From Azolla caroliniana (lineage: Eukaryota; Plantae; Polypodiophyta), in the NCBI GenBank assembly GCA_043228905.1, contig JBHGNT010000022.1, positions 124,001 through 188,000 on the forward strand: 64,000 nucleotides of DNA, read 5' to 3'. The notes beneath the pieces were generated by a model, which was given only the letters and a program-made list of their open reading frames with translations, had not been told where the DNA came from and searched no databases. Positions 49,120 through 62,374 of this stretch are shown here, piece by piece. Each line of letters starts with the position of its first letter. Position 1 is the stretch's first letter. Made by a program: the position numbers and the translations under genes.

Positions 49120-52064
49120 GCAGATCGGACCACTCGGGTGGACACTAAGTACAAGACTATGAACCAGAAGGTAAGGCCAGTCACGGCACCCTTACCAGAG
49201 GACAACTGGGAACGGATGAGAGGGGTCATGACTAAGCCAAGTCTACGAGATCAGGCCGGCATAAGGCACTAGTTCACCGATGAGACACTTCGGAAGCTGA
49301 AGATCGGTGGTGGTGGCTTTCTACTATCGGCAGAGGAGGACCGGTTTGGAGAATGCTCGATAGGCACGAGAAGGCCTTTGCATTCTTGCCGGGGAGATCG
49401 GGTGCATCAACCCGACAAACGTGGAACCGATGCTGATCTTCACAGTACCGAATGTACCGTGGAATCTCAAGCTGATTTTGGTGCCGAGAGCTCACATCCC
49501 AAAGTTGATGGAGCTGCTCAAGGAAAAGGATCCTTGCGTCGTCGAGTGCCCCATACTCGAATCGGTGGTTCACAATGTCGAAGAAGAACAACAATCTATG
49601 CTTCATTCAGGACCTACAGTCGGTCAACAAGGTGACCATTCAAAACGCAAGGGTCGAACCAACAATTGTTGAGTTCGCGGAGGCCTTCACTGAAAGGTCT
49701 ATCTACTCAGTCGGTGACATATACTCTAGGTACGACTAGTTCCAACTAGCCGTCGAAAGCAGGGACATCACGACAATGTGAACCCCTCTCGATTTAGTTC
49801 GCATGTGTACCCTACCTCAAGGAGGTACCAATTCGATGGCACATTTTGTGAATGCAATGAACAAGGTGCTCAGGGATTGCATCCCGGACATCACCATGCC
49901 GTTTTGGGACAACATCCCAATCAAGGGATGTCCGGAGGACGTGAAGGACAAAACGGTTGGAACAAACGAATGTTGAAAATTCGTTGTGGACCACATCTCT
50001 GACTGCGAGAAGATATTGCAAAGGCTTGAGGGCGCTTGGCTTACCTTCTCCAGGGAGAAGTCGGCATTCGCACATTCGGAGGTCTTGCTAGTCGGACACC
50101 CATGTGAACATTACGGTCGGAAGCTGTCTCCAGCCAAGGTAGAGGCCATCTCTACAATGAAGGAAGAGTGCAGGTCGGTCACGAAGGTCTGATGGTTCCT
50201 AGGAGCATGCGCCTTCTACGAGATTTGGATTCCCCATTATGTGCATATCGTGGGGCCGCTCTACGGATTGCTGAAAAAGGGGCAAAAACTCAAGTGGAGA
50301 GAAGAGCACGTAGAGGTGGTTAGGAGACTAAAGGGGATGTTGACGGCGACACCGGCTCTCCGGAAAGCAGTGTTCAAGATGGACACTCTAACCGGAATCG
50401 GGTGGGTGATCAACTAGGAGCACGAAGCCGGAACGTGGTTCACTATCCGATTCAGAGCAAAGGTACTAAGCGAGTGGCAGCGAGGATATGCCCAAGTTAA
50501 GCGTGAACCGTGGGCATCGTCTCGGCGGTAAAGGCCGACAAGGATTATCTGATCGGGGTAGTGTTTATAATCAAGAAGGACTGCCTATTGATTCTCGGTA
50601 TGGTTTCCGGATGCGCGACTCCGGACCTAGCAATGTTAGGTGGATCACATACATAAAGTTCCTTAATCCGGAGATACGGCACATCTCCAGTAAAGACAAC
50701 ACCATGGCTGATATGCTATGAAGACCACGGTTCGAAGGAGAGGACGGCATGGTATTGGAAGAAGAAGAAGTCGGTGTGAACTTCTTCGAGTCAGCTCAAA
50801 TGTCGGCAAACGAACGAAGTACTCCGGCCTTAAACGAGTTCAAGAAGAACTACTACGACGGGGAGTAGCTTCTAATCGGAAGGTTCCTAAGCATGATGGC
50901 GCTAGTCACATCGTGGAAAAAAGAAGAAGCGAGCCGGATTCGGAAGAAGGCATATAATTTCTTTCCACGAGATGGGAAGATTTGGCGACATCCAAAGAAG
51001 CAGATTGGCACACTGCTCCAGGTGGTGACAAAGGAGGAGAACTAGGCGGTAGTCATGTCAGTTTCCACGAGAGTCCCTAATGCGGACATCGGGGAACATG
51101 GTCCACATTCGAAAAGCTAAAGGAAAGATGTTGGTGGCAGGGGATGTACAAGGACGTGCATCATTTCGTGTCGATGTGCGAGAGCTACCAAATGTATTCC
51201 GTGATTCGACACCGCAACGAGTTGCATCTTACTTACCCGCCGCCCATTCACTTCAAGGAGATGTTCGATTTAGTGACAATGTCGATGGGGGTAGGGCAGA
51301 TGTGGTATCTAGTGCTTACAAGAAAGGACCTGACGAACTAGGTGGAAGGCCGAACCTTAACGAACAAGAGGATTGCGGTCGTATGTCGGTTCCTGATCGA
51401 GGACGTAATTTGCCAGTACGGGTGCATCGGGAAGATAGTAGTCGGCCAAGGGGATTTGGATGCACTAGAACTCGAGCATCTATTTGATCAACTAGGGTCC
51501 AAACTTTCCCTCACGAAGACATATAATCCGGAGGCAAACAGAAAGGTCAAACGCGGACACGAGCCAATCGTGAAGGCCATTATACGAGCATGCAACAGAC
51601 GGGTTGACAACTGGCCGAGACTCCTACCCTATGCACACACAGTTCAGTGACTGGATACATGCCAACTGAACTCATGTCAGGACAAAAGCCGATAATGTCG
51701 ACAGAGTGAACGATAACATTGTGGATGTCAATCGACTGGATGGACGAGATGAGTCGTGAGGAGTTGCTGGCAACGCGAATATAGCAACTCAAGCGCAGAC
51801 CAGAAGATGTCGAACGAGAGAAGGAACGGGTAGAAGCGACGTGACTGAGGAGCAAAGGGCGATTCGACTGGACACACCGACTCCGACCAAAGAAGATCGA
51901 GGAAGGTGACTAGGTGCTGGTCTACGATAGCAGTCTTGACAATCAGCATCGTTCCACCCGAAAGTTCGCGAGGCGATGGTTCGGGCCTTATGTGGTGAAG
52001 AGTGCCAACGACAACGCAACATACCATCTAGCCGAGCTCGACGGGACGAGGTTACCAGTGCCAA

Positions 52065-55000
52065 TGTCGCAAAAGTACGACAAATACGCGTGAACTTGAG
52101 GCAAGACCCCGGGGCCTTCGACCAGAGGATACCAAATTCATGTGTTTGTGTTTTAAGAATTAAGGAAAATGAGAAATTTTTGTAATTTCATTAACAAAAA
52201 AAATGGGATTACAGAAGTTTAGGCTTAAAGAGAGATTAATAGATTAAGATATTAGAGTTTTGTGGATTTTTGTGTGATATGACTTTGATAAGAAAAATTA
52301 GGTTTTTTTAGTGATATCCTTCGATAAGAAAAATTAGAGTTCGGGTCTTTGAGTGATGGCTTTGATAAGAAAAATTAGGATTTTTTTAGTGATATCCTTC
52401 GATAAGGAAAATTAGATTTCGGGTCTTCGAGTGATGGCTTTATTTAGCTGCATGACCTTTACTTTACTTTATTTAGTTGCATGGCCCCCACGTTCAGTTG
52501 CATGCGTCCCACATTCGACCGTCCTTTCAAATCAGTTGTATCATCCTACCATCCGTACAATTCGGCCCACCCCCCGGGTTCCATTGCATGTGTCCCACAT
52601 GACCTTTACTTTATTTAGTTACATGGCCTCCACATTCAGTTGCATGCATCCCACATGACCTTTACTTTATTTAGTTGCATGGCCCCCATGTTCAGTTGCA
52701 TGCGTCCTACATGCGACCATCCTTTCAAATTAGCCGCATCATCCTACCATCCGTACAATTCGGCCCGTGCACTCCATCCATCCACATCCATCCGTCCTAA
52801 TCCGTTTTGAGTAGTTCATCCACATCTGTCTATTCCGCCGCATCCGTCCATCCGGACAATTCGGCCCGGATCGCCCCAACTGTTCTATGCTCCAAACACA
52901 CAAATGTTGGGTCTGCTTATATAATGTTGGATCCGATTTTGTCCCATTTATGTGGGATATCTTATAGTTCTGTTTCCCCATCTTCTCTAGATTCACACAC
53001 ACATAACTTGATACGTAGTTGTTTGCTTCATACGTAGTAAAATGTGTTTGAAAGCTCTTGAAGACATCCATCTTTTCGTATCGAGCCATTAAGCTAATAA
53101 AATAATTATTTCATTATTTTTCATATTGTGTGTGAAGAATCACACGACATTCACCCCCACCAAACCTGCGCATCCACCGGTATGTGCCAAGTCTGGTACT
53201 GAGTTATATCCGCCTAGTTGAAATCTTTAATCCTTGTCCGAATATTTTCCTTTCTTCATAACCTAATTATCTATGATGGATATTGACCTTGAACCACCTC
53301 ATTGGCTCCTTAGATCTCTTCCAATGCCACCACGACCATTCTTTCCACCATAGCCATGGAGACCATCCAAACCACCAAATCCTTCGCCCGAGCTTTGCAT
53401 CACCATGACCGGTTGTCGTGGCCTCTTCCGCCTTCCCCAAGCATAACCCGTCATGCACCATGCATGTGCCACCTTCGTTTCGACCATCTTCATGGTCAAG
53501 GAACTTCAGTCTTCTTTCTTTCCTCAATCCAAACTTGTCTTTGTTAGGCCTCATTCAAACATCGACTTTGACTACTCCTTGTAGCCCATGCTTCAAGTAC
53601 ATGCTCACATTTAGGCCCTTAGACGACCACATTGCATTTTTTCCACTTCTTCCTTTTTCATAGCATGCTCTCATGTGAGAGTTTACCATCGATGGTTCGA
53701 TCTTCGTAATGGTGTCCTCTTTCGACTTAGATATTGTGAACAAATCCCAAGGAACGCCCTTCAAATTCACTTCATGTTTTTGGCCCTCATTGTGCACCAT
53801 TGTGCTTTGTTTGACCTCTTCATCATATGTATTAGCTTTGACCTCTGCTTCCTCTCTTCCACCTTCCTTCTCTTGGGTCTTAATTTGGTCGGGTATATCT
53901 CTTCGGTGATGCCACTTTCTTCACCAACCGATATGTTCCCATCTACCATTGCCCAAGCCTCTTGAAATAGTGGGGAGGAAGTCTTGGTACACTTGTCGTC
54001 CTCCTTCATTGTGTTTTCCATAGCCACATCTACCTTTAAGTTGTTATCCGTGGCCATCTCTTCAAACTCATGGGCTTCATACCCATTGACCTTCTCGATC
54101 GAGCATGCCTCAATTATGTTTGCCTCTTCATTGTACGCATCAACTTCAACCTTCGCTTCCTTGCCGCCACCTTCCTTCTCTTCGGTCTCACGTTGGCTTT
54201 TGGATGCAACTGCCCAAGTCTCCGGAACATATGTTTCAGAATTCTCATATTTATCGGCTTTTGCCTTTGTCATGTTGTCCATAGCCATCTCCTTGGCTAT
54301 CTCTCTGTCGCATGCATCAGGTTCGGCCCTTGTTTCCTCACCACCACTATTCTTCTCTTGGGTCTTACATTGGTTAATGCCCAAGTCTCTCAAACGAGTG
54401 TGGAGCAATCTTTACGCTTTCATAGTCTATCTTTGTTGTGCTACCCTTAGCCGCTTCTACCTTGAGGTTGTTCATATCGACTTTGACCTTTTCTTCCTTA
54501 CTGCCACCTTCTGTCTCTTGGGTCTTACATCGGTTAATGCCCAAGTCTCTAAAACCATTGTGGGGAAAGTCTCTTCATGGTCGTCGTCTGCCCTCTTCAC
54601 CTCGATGTCATTCTCCACAACTATCTCTTGAGACTCATGGGCCTCGTACCCATTGTTTTCCTCGATCACACAAGCTTTTCTCATGGTTGCTTCTTCATCA
54701 CTTGATGTTTTGGACACAACATGTGTTCCGAAACACTTGTCCACTCTCAAAGCGGCATTTCCCGCTCTCGAGTCTTCGGCCTTTCTCTTGACCATCGTTC
54801 CTCCATAAGTCGAGAAGGTGGCTTGTTCCACACCTTCTCTCATGGTACTGTCGTACTAAACCTGGGCCTTCGTATTGGTCGTATCATTACTCCACATTTG
54901 TTGGGAGATCTTTTCTTCCTTAATCACCATTTGCCTTGGTTTTGGCTCCATGATAAGCTCCTCTTAATCGTCGACTTGCACGTTTAAGTTCTCGAATGCT

Positions 55001-56425
55001 TCTCTCATCAAAGCTTCTATGTTGAGTGTTTTCGAATCTTCTATATTTTAGCTCTCTTCCTTTGGTGGTGGCATGTTTCCACATCTCATCCTCCTTAGAT
55101 TGTCCCTCGTAGAACATGATGTTATCGACAAGATTCCCATCTTTCTCTTGTCATGTTGCCGACATACTCTTTCAACATAGGTCCAATTTTCGGTGAGTAC
55201 ATTTGCACCATCATCATCCTCAAGTTGGATTCCAATGGTCTTCCTTTCCTTCAATTTATCGATTTCACAAACATTAGGACTTTATTCACCCCCACCAATC
55301 TTCGATCCTGCTCTGAGAGTTGAGCAAAGATACTCTCAAACTCAATGAACGCGTGCATGGCACTTTGGTGGGTCTTTAATGATGATACCCATTGGTCAAA
55401 CTCGTATAGGCTACATCTCTTTGGCTCTTTGTATCTATATGCCTCTCGTAAAGTTTCTTGGAAGGACCCCCACAAGTCGTGAGCATCTTCAAGCTCTTTC
55501 ATCTCTTCGTAGATCGTTTCAGCCACCACCTGACAAAAGTACTCTAGGCTTATGGCTTAGGTCTCACCTCTCGAATCCATCTCAATGTTGTGGGTTTTTA
55601 GAAAATTTTGGACTTCAGCACCATTGAAATAGCTAACTCACTCGACCACGCACTTGATGGCTTGTTGGGCCACACCTCGTCGTTTTTCTTTTCTTGAAAA
55701 TTCCATCATCATCTTTGACACTAGCTCCTTCGGGTTCACCAAAGATGTCGCGAAAATACGACAAAGATGCGTGAACTTGAGGCAGGACCCCGGGGCCTCC
55801 GAAGACAGGAAACCAAATTCGTGCGTTTTTGTTTTAAAAATTAACAAAAATGAGAAAGTTTGGTCATTTTCATTAGAAATGAAAAAGAAAAATCACAAAC
55901 CATCCCAAGATTGGGATTACAAAAGTTTAGGCTTAAAGAGATTAAGAGATTAAGATATTAGGGTTTTGTGAATTTTTGAGTGATATAACTTTGATAAGAA
56001 AAATTAGGGTTTTTTAGACATATCCTTTGATAAGGAAAATTAGAGTTCGGGTCTTTGAGCGATGGCTTCATCCTTCCACATCCATTCGTCCCGACCATCC
56101 CGAGCAGTTCTTCCGCATCTGTCTGTTCCGAGCAGTTCATTCGCATCAGTTCATCCAAATAGTTTGGTTCGGATCACCACAACCGTTCAGTGCTCCGAAC
56201 ACATAGACATGAACTAATGTTGGATCCGATGTTGTCATGTTTATGTGGGATACCTTACAGTTCTGTTTCCCCATCTTCTCCAACTTCACACACACATGAT
56301 TTGATACGTAGTAAAATGTGTTTGGAAGCTCTTGAAGATGCCCGTCTTTTCGTACAAAGGAATTAAGCTAATCTAAAATAATTATTTCATTATTTTTCAT
56401 AGCGTTTGTGAAGAATCACACGACA
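52065..56425 (-). mobile_element. Non-autonomous gag-only LTR element (TR-GAG-like), tRNA-Trp primed
   Basis: LTRs 52065-53149 and 55746-56425; TSD CCAA/CCGA; PBS and PPT present; gag-like ORFs 55048-55529; no PR/RT/INT. Confidence 0.85.
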
Positions 56426-56525
56426 CCGATAGCGGGGAAGCGGATCTAGGCCTTCAAGAATTGACATGACGCAGAACCGAATATGGAGGTAGAGTTACGA
56501 AAGCGCCGATGAGGACGAGGAGTCA

Positions 56526-59156
56526 TGTTGTATGATTTTAGGGTCAGGGTTAAGGGCGATGATAATCATGATAAAGATAGACATGGTGGTTATGATGATG
56601 ATGGAGAGTATGGGATTGATGGCGAGAGAGATCATGTGCATTGAGAAGCATTGCGGGGTGGGGGATGGTGCCTAGAATGGCTCCACCCCACTCCCGAGGG
56701 GATTCAACGTTGAGGGGGAGAGAGAGAGAAAGAGAGATGACAAGAGAGAGAGAGATTGAGAGAGAAAATGGTTATTCATGTTTCATTCATTCCCCATAAG
56801 GGGTTAAATAGTACAAGAGGGGGTAGATACATAGGGGTGTAAGCCCCCTCGAGCATTCATATTGGACACTCACTCACACCTCGTATCCATCCACATGCAC
56901 ACACGTGTGCATGTGTTCAGATATGTATAGACTCACAATTACATTTATGCCCCCTACACATACACAACATCATGATAACATTCGACCCTCGCTCATCACA
57001 CTTGACTCTCCGTACATCTCGTACGGGGTAACACAATATGGCACGCCCGTGGGAAAGTGCCTTGCACGTCGATCCCACATGCCTTGATGATGATATTTCT
57101 TCGACTGGAACTTCCATCGGTCCTTTCAACGATCGACTCCCTCGATCGGAGTGCTTGACTCAAACATCTTTGTCGGTCAGCGAATCTTCCGCGACACGAA
57201 CATTCTCGTTTTATCGACTTACGAACTTTAGCATCATGGGTCCAAAAACGTTGTGCGTATGTGTATCTTCCTTTTATCTTGTGAGTTGTGTGTGGATCGC
57301 GTCCATTTCTTTTAGGTTCATAAGTTTTCGAAATTCCATTGGTGCCCTTTGATTTTTTTAAAATTTTGATAATGCCATCATGTTTTTTTAAATTCTTCGG
57401 ATGCCCTCAGGTTTTCAAAACTCCTCGAATGCCCCTTTCTCTATTTTTCTTCTCGTCCTATCTTCTACTTCAATTTCGTCTTTATCTCTAGGTTATTGTT
57501 GTGGTCCGTATTGCACTCTCTCTTGTGTGTATCCCTCATCTCTTTCTTCTTCTTTTTGCTTTCGTTTCCCGCTTCTCTTCTTGTCGTCCTTTCTCTCCTG
57601 TCTTCATCTGCTTCTTCTTGTTTTCTTATGCAGTTCTTCTTCCGGATTTGTCTTCTTCTTCCTTTCTCGTTTCTCTCCATCCTCTGTTATGTGCCTTCTC
57701 TTCTTCCATGACTTCTTCCTCTTACTTCTCTGTTCATCAACAGCTACATCTCCTTCTTCTCCTCCTCCTCCTTCTTCTTTTTCTATGTTCTCTTCCTACT
57801 TCATTCTCTTCTTCTTTTCTCTGTTTTCTTTCCTGTCGTTGTCGTTATTCGTTGTCTGCATCTTCTTTGTCTTCTTCTTTCTTCCTTGTTTTCCTATGTC
57901 GCTCGTTGTGCAATAGTTGTAACGGCTTCCTCTGCACTATCGCCATACGATTTGTGCATCTGCACTTGCCTCCATGTCCGGCCATTTTTCTCTGTTTTCC
58001 GGTTCCATCGTTGTCAGTCATCCATCTCTATTCGACGTTGCTGGTGTCGTTTGTCTCTGTCCGGCCTTGTCTGCTGGCTCCGTCTTTGTGTCCGTTTCTC
58101 CATATTTGTCTCCGGCTCCGATGCCATCTAGCCCATCGTTTTGGCAACTCTAGTTGTCTGTTTAGGGTTTCCGGCCGCCACCATTCCTTTCGGCCATCAG
58201 CTGCTGTCCATCTGGCTCATCCGGCCGCTTCTCCGGTTACTCTTCCGCTGATGTCCGGTCGTCGGTCCGGCTATCTCCGTCGTCTGACACATTCGGCTGT
58301 CTCTGTCCGACTTGGCCGTTGCTGGTCCGCCACCACTTTAACCATTGGTATGTGGCCACCGCCGTTTGATCGTCGTCCCAGCTCCGTCACCGTTCCGACT
58401 GTTCGGCCTGTCTGGCCGACTGTATGGCGGACTCCATCTCTGGTCGTCTCCAGTTGTTTCCTCTATCGATGTCAATTTTCTAGCCATCAAACCGTCTTAT
58501 CCCGGCTCATTCTGGTCCGTTTTCCAGCAGTCGGTTCTGTTGTGTCTTTTCGTTTGCCTCTGCAACCTTCCGAACATCGTTGCTATTCTGGCCATCATCT
58601 GTTGCCTTGTCCGGCATGTCCGTCCATTCTGGTTATTCTGATTGCTTGTCCGACAGCATCTTTCCGGCATCTCCATCCTGTTGTCGATTGTCTTGGCCAT
58701 CATGGTTGTCTCTTGCAGTATGCTTTCTTGCACACACACGTCATTGCTAACCGCACATTTGCACATTGTCATTTCTATTCTCGCACACTCATGTAACGCC
58801 ATCATTTCGCAACTTCCAAGGGGATTCAACGTTGAGGGGGAGAGAGAGAAAGAGAGATGACAAGAGAGAGAGAGATTGAGAGAGAAAATGGTTATTCATG
58901 TTTCATTCATTCCCCATAAGGGGTTAAATAGTACAAGAGGGGGTAGATACATAGGGGTGTAAGCCCCCTCGAGCATTCATATTGGACACTCACTCACACC
59001 TCCTCGTATCCATCCACATGCACACACGTGTGCATGTGCTCACATACGTATAGACTCGCAATTACATTTATGCCCCCTACACATACACAACATCATGATA
59101 ACATTCGACCCTCGCTCGTCACACTTGACTCTCTGTACATCTCGTACGGGGTAACA
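56526..59156 (+). mobile_element. Non-autonomous LTR element (TGGCACGCCCGTGGGA PBS); 5' LTR 56526-57033; truncated 3' LTR about 58812-59156
   Basis: Direct repeats ending GGGGTAACA; TSD AGTCA/AGCCA; CT-rich interior without gag/pol motifs. Confidence 0.8.
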
Positions 59157-59694
59157 AGCCAGATGGGGACCTGGTTGACGATGGATCGGGAGAGGATGAG
59201 TGAGGAATGGGCCAGAATCCCCACTGCTTCACTAGATCGGCACATACCAAAGAACGTGCGGTTTGGTGGGGGTGGATGTCGTGAAGGATTTCAGCCATAG
59301 GAAGAAAAGGGGACCGGGAGGTTGTGGAAGGATGCACACAATGTACATAAAACATAGTAAATATTATAGGGATAATAAGTACTACACAATATGATTTAGA
59401 TGGGTACTTTAATGTCCCACATAAAGAGGGGAATGAAACATGTGTGGGGAGGAAAACGAGGAGGGAATCACAAGCAGAATCGGTTGTCTTAATGTATGAT
59501 GTAACGGCCTCCCCTTTGTACTATAAAAAGGGGAGATTTGAATTGTTTTTGGGATCCACGATTTTGGAGAGCAAAGTGTTGTCGGACTGAGCTTTGCAGA
59601 TTCTTGTTTTCCTATCCCCTTTTTTTCTTTTGTTGTGTTGTGAGCCTCCGTTTCGCGCTGGTAGCCCGTGTGTTCCCAATCGGTGGCTCAATAG

Positions 59695-59696
<2 letters not shown>

Positions 59697-59765
<69 letters not shown>
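59697..59765. repeat. (GT)n microsatellite inside the F LTR
   Basis: Uninterrupted TG dinucleotide run. Confidence 0.97.
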
Positions 59766-59767
<2 letters not shown>

Positions 59768-60153
59768 GGAGCTCAAAACTCGGTTGTCGTCTGATTCTAG
59801 TTGTAATTCTCTTCTTTGTAGATTAATAGACTACCATGTTATTTCCGGATTTTCTAACTTTCTTGTCTCTACGCATGTTCTTATCTCTGTTCCTTCTCGT
59901 TTGCGTGTTCGTACCTGAGTGTGTGAGCCCGTGAGCTCATCGTTTGCTACCCGATAACAAATCTAGAACAGTACACGTCTTTGATCTTGTGCACTCACCG
60001 TCCTACATCCAGAGATTGGTCCGGATCGGATACGTGTTCGGACTGCGCTACAGCGAAGATATCCGGATAATCTCTCTTTCCTTATCAGCTCCTTGGTCCA
60101 AGACCTCAGTGGTCCCGCCCCGTTCCAACACATCCACGCGGATATCCACGACA

Positions 60154-62373
60154 ACATAACATTCATCAACAACTTCTCTAGGCACACCTGGGTCTTCCCT
60201 ATGCAGCAAAAGAGTGAAGTGTTCACACACTTCCAGAAATTTAAAAGTGAAGTCGAAAAGGCAATCGGCTACCAAACGAGATATGTTTCACTAGTGAATG
60301 AACGTTGGACCGTTGAAGCCCACCTAACCTATAAAAAATGGTGCGAGCCATATGTACGGAGACTCGCATGTACGGTTCTATTGGGGGGATCGGGCTGGCG
60401 AGGGACCAACGCCTACCCAACTAGGGGCATGGAAAAATTAATCGAGTATAAAATGTATTTCTAAGCTTTACCTCATTCTAATCGTTTGGAGGGTGGCCGT
60501 GAAAAGTCACCAAATGAAGCCCTCCAAAAACCCACGGCATAGCGGATATTACTAATCGACGTATAGGATATGACAACGGCAACAACATTTCATAAAAGGG
60601 TATGAACGATGCCTTCGGTCGGATGGAGGTAAGACTACTTCTCTGACGCCTTCACAACATACAAGAAGGAATTTAGTGGAAGTTTACATGCCGACATGCA
60701 CCTCAATAGAACAGAGTAGACAAAATAAAGAATCGACACATATTAGAGGTAGCAAGGGCAATGATGAATGAAAAGAACCTTCCAAAATCGTATTGGGTAG
60801 AAGTGGCAAACACTGTCGTCTACCTAAACAATTGGTGCACAACCTCTAGAGTGCACGACGTTACTCCTTATGAGAAGTACTATGAAAGAAAGTCGGACCT
60901 ATCCCACGTCATGATATTCAACTCGATTGCATACGTACACATTCCTGACGAAAAGCGGCAAAAGCTAGATCCCAAGTCAGAGAAATGTATCCTCATAGGG
61001 TATTCACTCGAACAAAAAGGGTATAGGGTTATAACCCCACTATTTGAAGGGTTTCGAGTGAGTCGAGACATCGTATTTGATGAATTGGCATCATGGTATG
61101 AACTAGAGCCAACTCCACCCAAAACGATCATGGAGGACCATGAGATAGAAGAGGACAATCATTTGAGGCATACATTAGAAGAGAGTCCAATTACGACCAG
61201 GTTGAGTGGACCTCAAGAGCCTCTAAACGACCAAAGCATGTCGCGTTCAAGTTCGAAATCAAACCAAGGGAAGGTCAAAATTCCTAAGTTTGAAGACTCG
61301 GATGGAAACGAATTGGCACACCCACTTGACAATGAATATGGTGGATTGGATGTGCCTATCATGAGGATAGTTGGAGCCAAGAAAGCACTCACAACAGCAA
61401 ATGAAAAATGTTGTCGCTCTATCAGAGAAAAGAATGTCCTCGGCCGATTCGGCCACAATGACTACATGGCATACTATTATGCCTTTACGATGAAAGTGGC
61501 GACAATTCTAGAACTAGAAAGTTTTATAATAGTAGCTAAGGACCCGCAATGGGTCAAAGCGATGAACGAAGAGATGTGAGGACTCTCTAAGAATGAGACG
61601 TGGGATCTCATCCCCCACTCACCTCCCAAGAAGGCAATTGGCTACAGATGAATATTCAAGGTGAAGCACAATGCGGACAACACCATCAATCAGTATAAGG
61701 CATGGCTTGTCGCAGAAAGGTATGCACAGACACACGAGGTCGATTATGAAGAGACCTTTGCCCCGGTGGCAAAGGTGATGACCATCCGAACTATAATTGC
61801 ACTCGTAGTAGCCAAAGGATGGCACCTCCATCAAATTGAAATAAAGAATGCCTTTCTTCAAGACGAATTAGATAAGGAGGTGTACATGGTACAACCTCCC
61901 AGTTTCAAGTCGAGCACACACCCGCAAGCAATCTGTCAACTCAAAAAGCCTCTCTACAGCCTCAAGAATGCACCTAGAGCATGGCATTTGAAGATAACTC
62001 GGTATCTTCACCAAATCGGCTTCAATATGTCCAAGTTCGACAATTTTGTGTTCATACAGAGCGACTCCAGAGGAAAACTATTTATCATAATATATGTTGA
62101 TGACTTGGTCATTGGAGGAGAGCACATAGTAGATATCAACCATATCAAGAAACTCCTCTCTAGTCTATTCGAAATGAAGGACGTGAAGGAGCTCCATTGC
62201 TTCCTAGGTATAGAAGTAATTCGGACCCCGGCTGGGATTATGATCTCCCAACGACACTACATCCTCAACGTATTGTATAAGTTTGGAATGACCAAGTGCA
62301 AATTTGTGGCAACCCCTCTCAAAACCTGAAGCTAGATGCCGACTCAAGCACAGTGTGAGCCGACTCACTATCG
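60154..62373 (+). mobile_element. Ty1/Copia pol fragment (INT, RT), related to the 34441-36672 family
   Basis: TFINNFSRHTWV, CLRSDGG, KLDPKSEKC, ETFAPVAK and YVDD. Truncated before RNase H. Confidence 0.9.
60272..60606 (+). pseudogene. nad7: Mitochondrial insertion (NUMT): 3' end of group II intron nad7i140, 69-nt nad7 exon 2 (60422-60490), 5' end of intron nad7i209
   Basis: Domain V GAGCCATATGTACGGAGACTCGCATGTACGGTTC (60345-60378); domain VI ends CCTACCCAAC. The exon translates RGMEKLIEYKMYF*ALPHSNRL, versus Nad7 [22 protein letters not shown]. The next intron starts GGGTG. Outer boundaries are approximate. Confidence 0.88.
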
Positions 62374-62374
62374 G

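Larger units (their letters stand above)
49120..60153 (+). mobile_element. Gypsy element F (D-like); 5' half missing; pol 49120-52064 plus 56426-56525; 3' LTR 59277-60153
   Basis: pol is collinear with D (ADRTTRVDTKYK...PVP|IAGKRI). PPT GGTGGGGGTGGA precedes TGTCGTG; the LTR ends CCACGACA. Confidence 0.85.

Noticed and set aside
57401-58796. Long plus-strand ORFs (431 aa, 171 aa) that look hydrophobic
   Set aside because: By-product of CT-rich low-complexity sequence with few stop codons; no domain motifs.
52065-59156. Retrozyme (hammerhead ribozyme in LTRs of small non-autonomous elements)
   Set aside because: No CUGAUGA...GAAA core with flanking stems was seen by eye; a covariance-model search was not possible.
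60345-60421. Active nuclear group II intron or maturase
   Set aside because: Only domains V-VI, next to a nad7 exon with a stop codon; explained as a NUMT.
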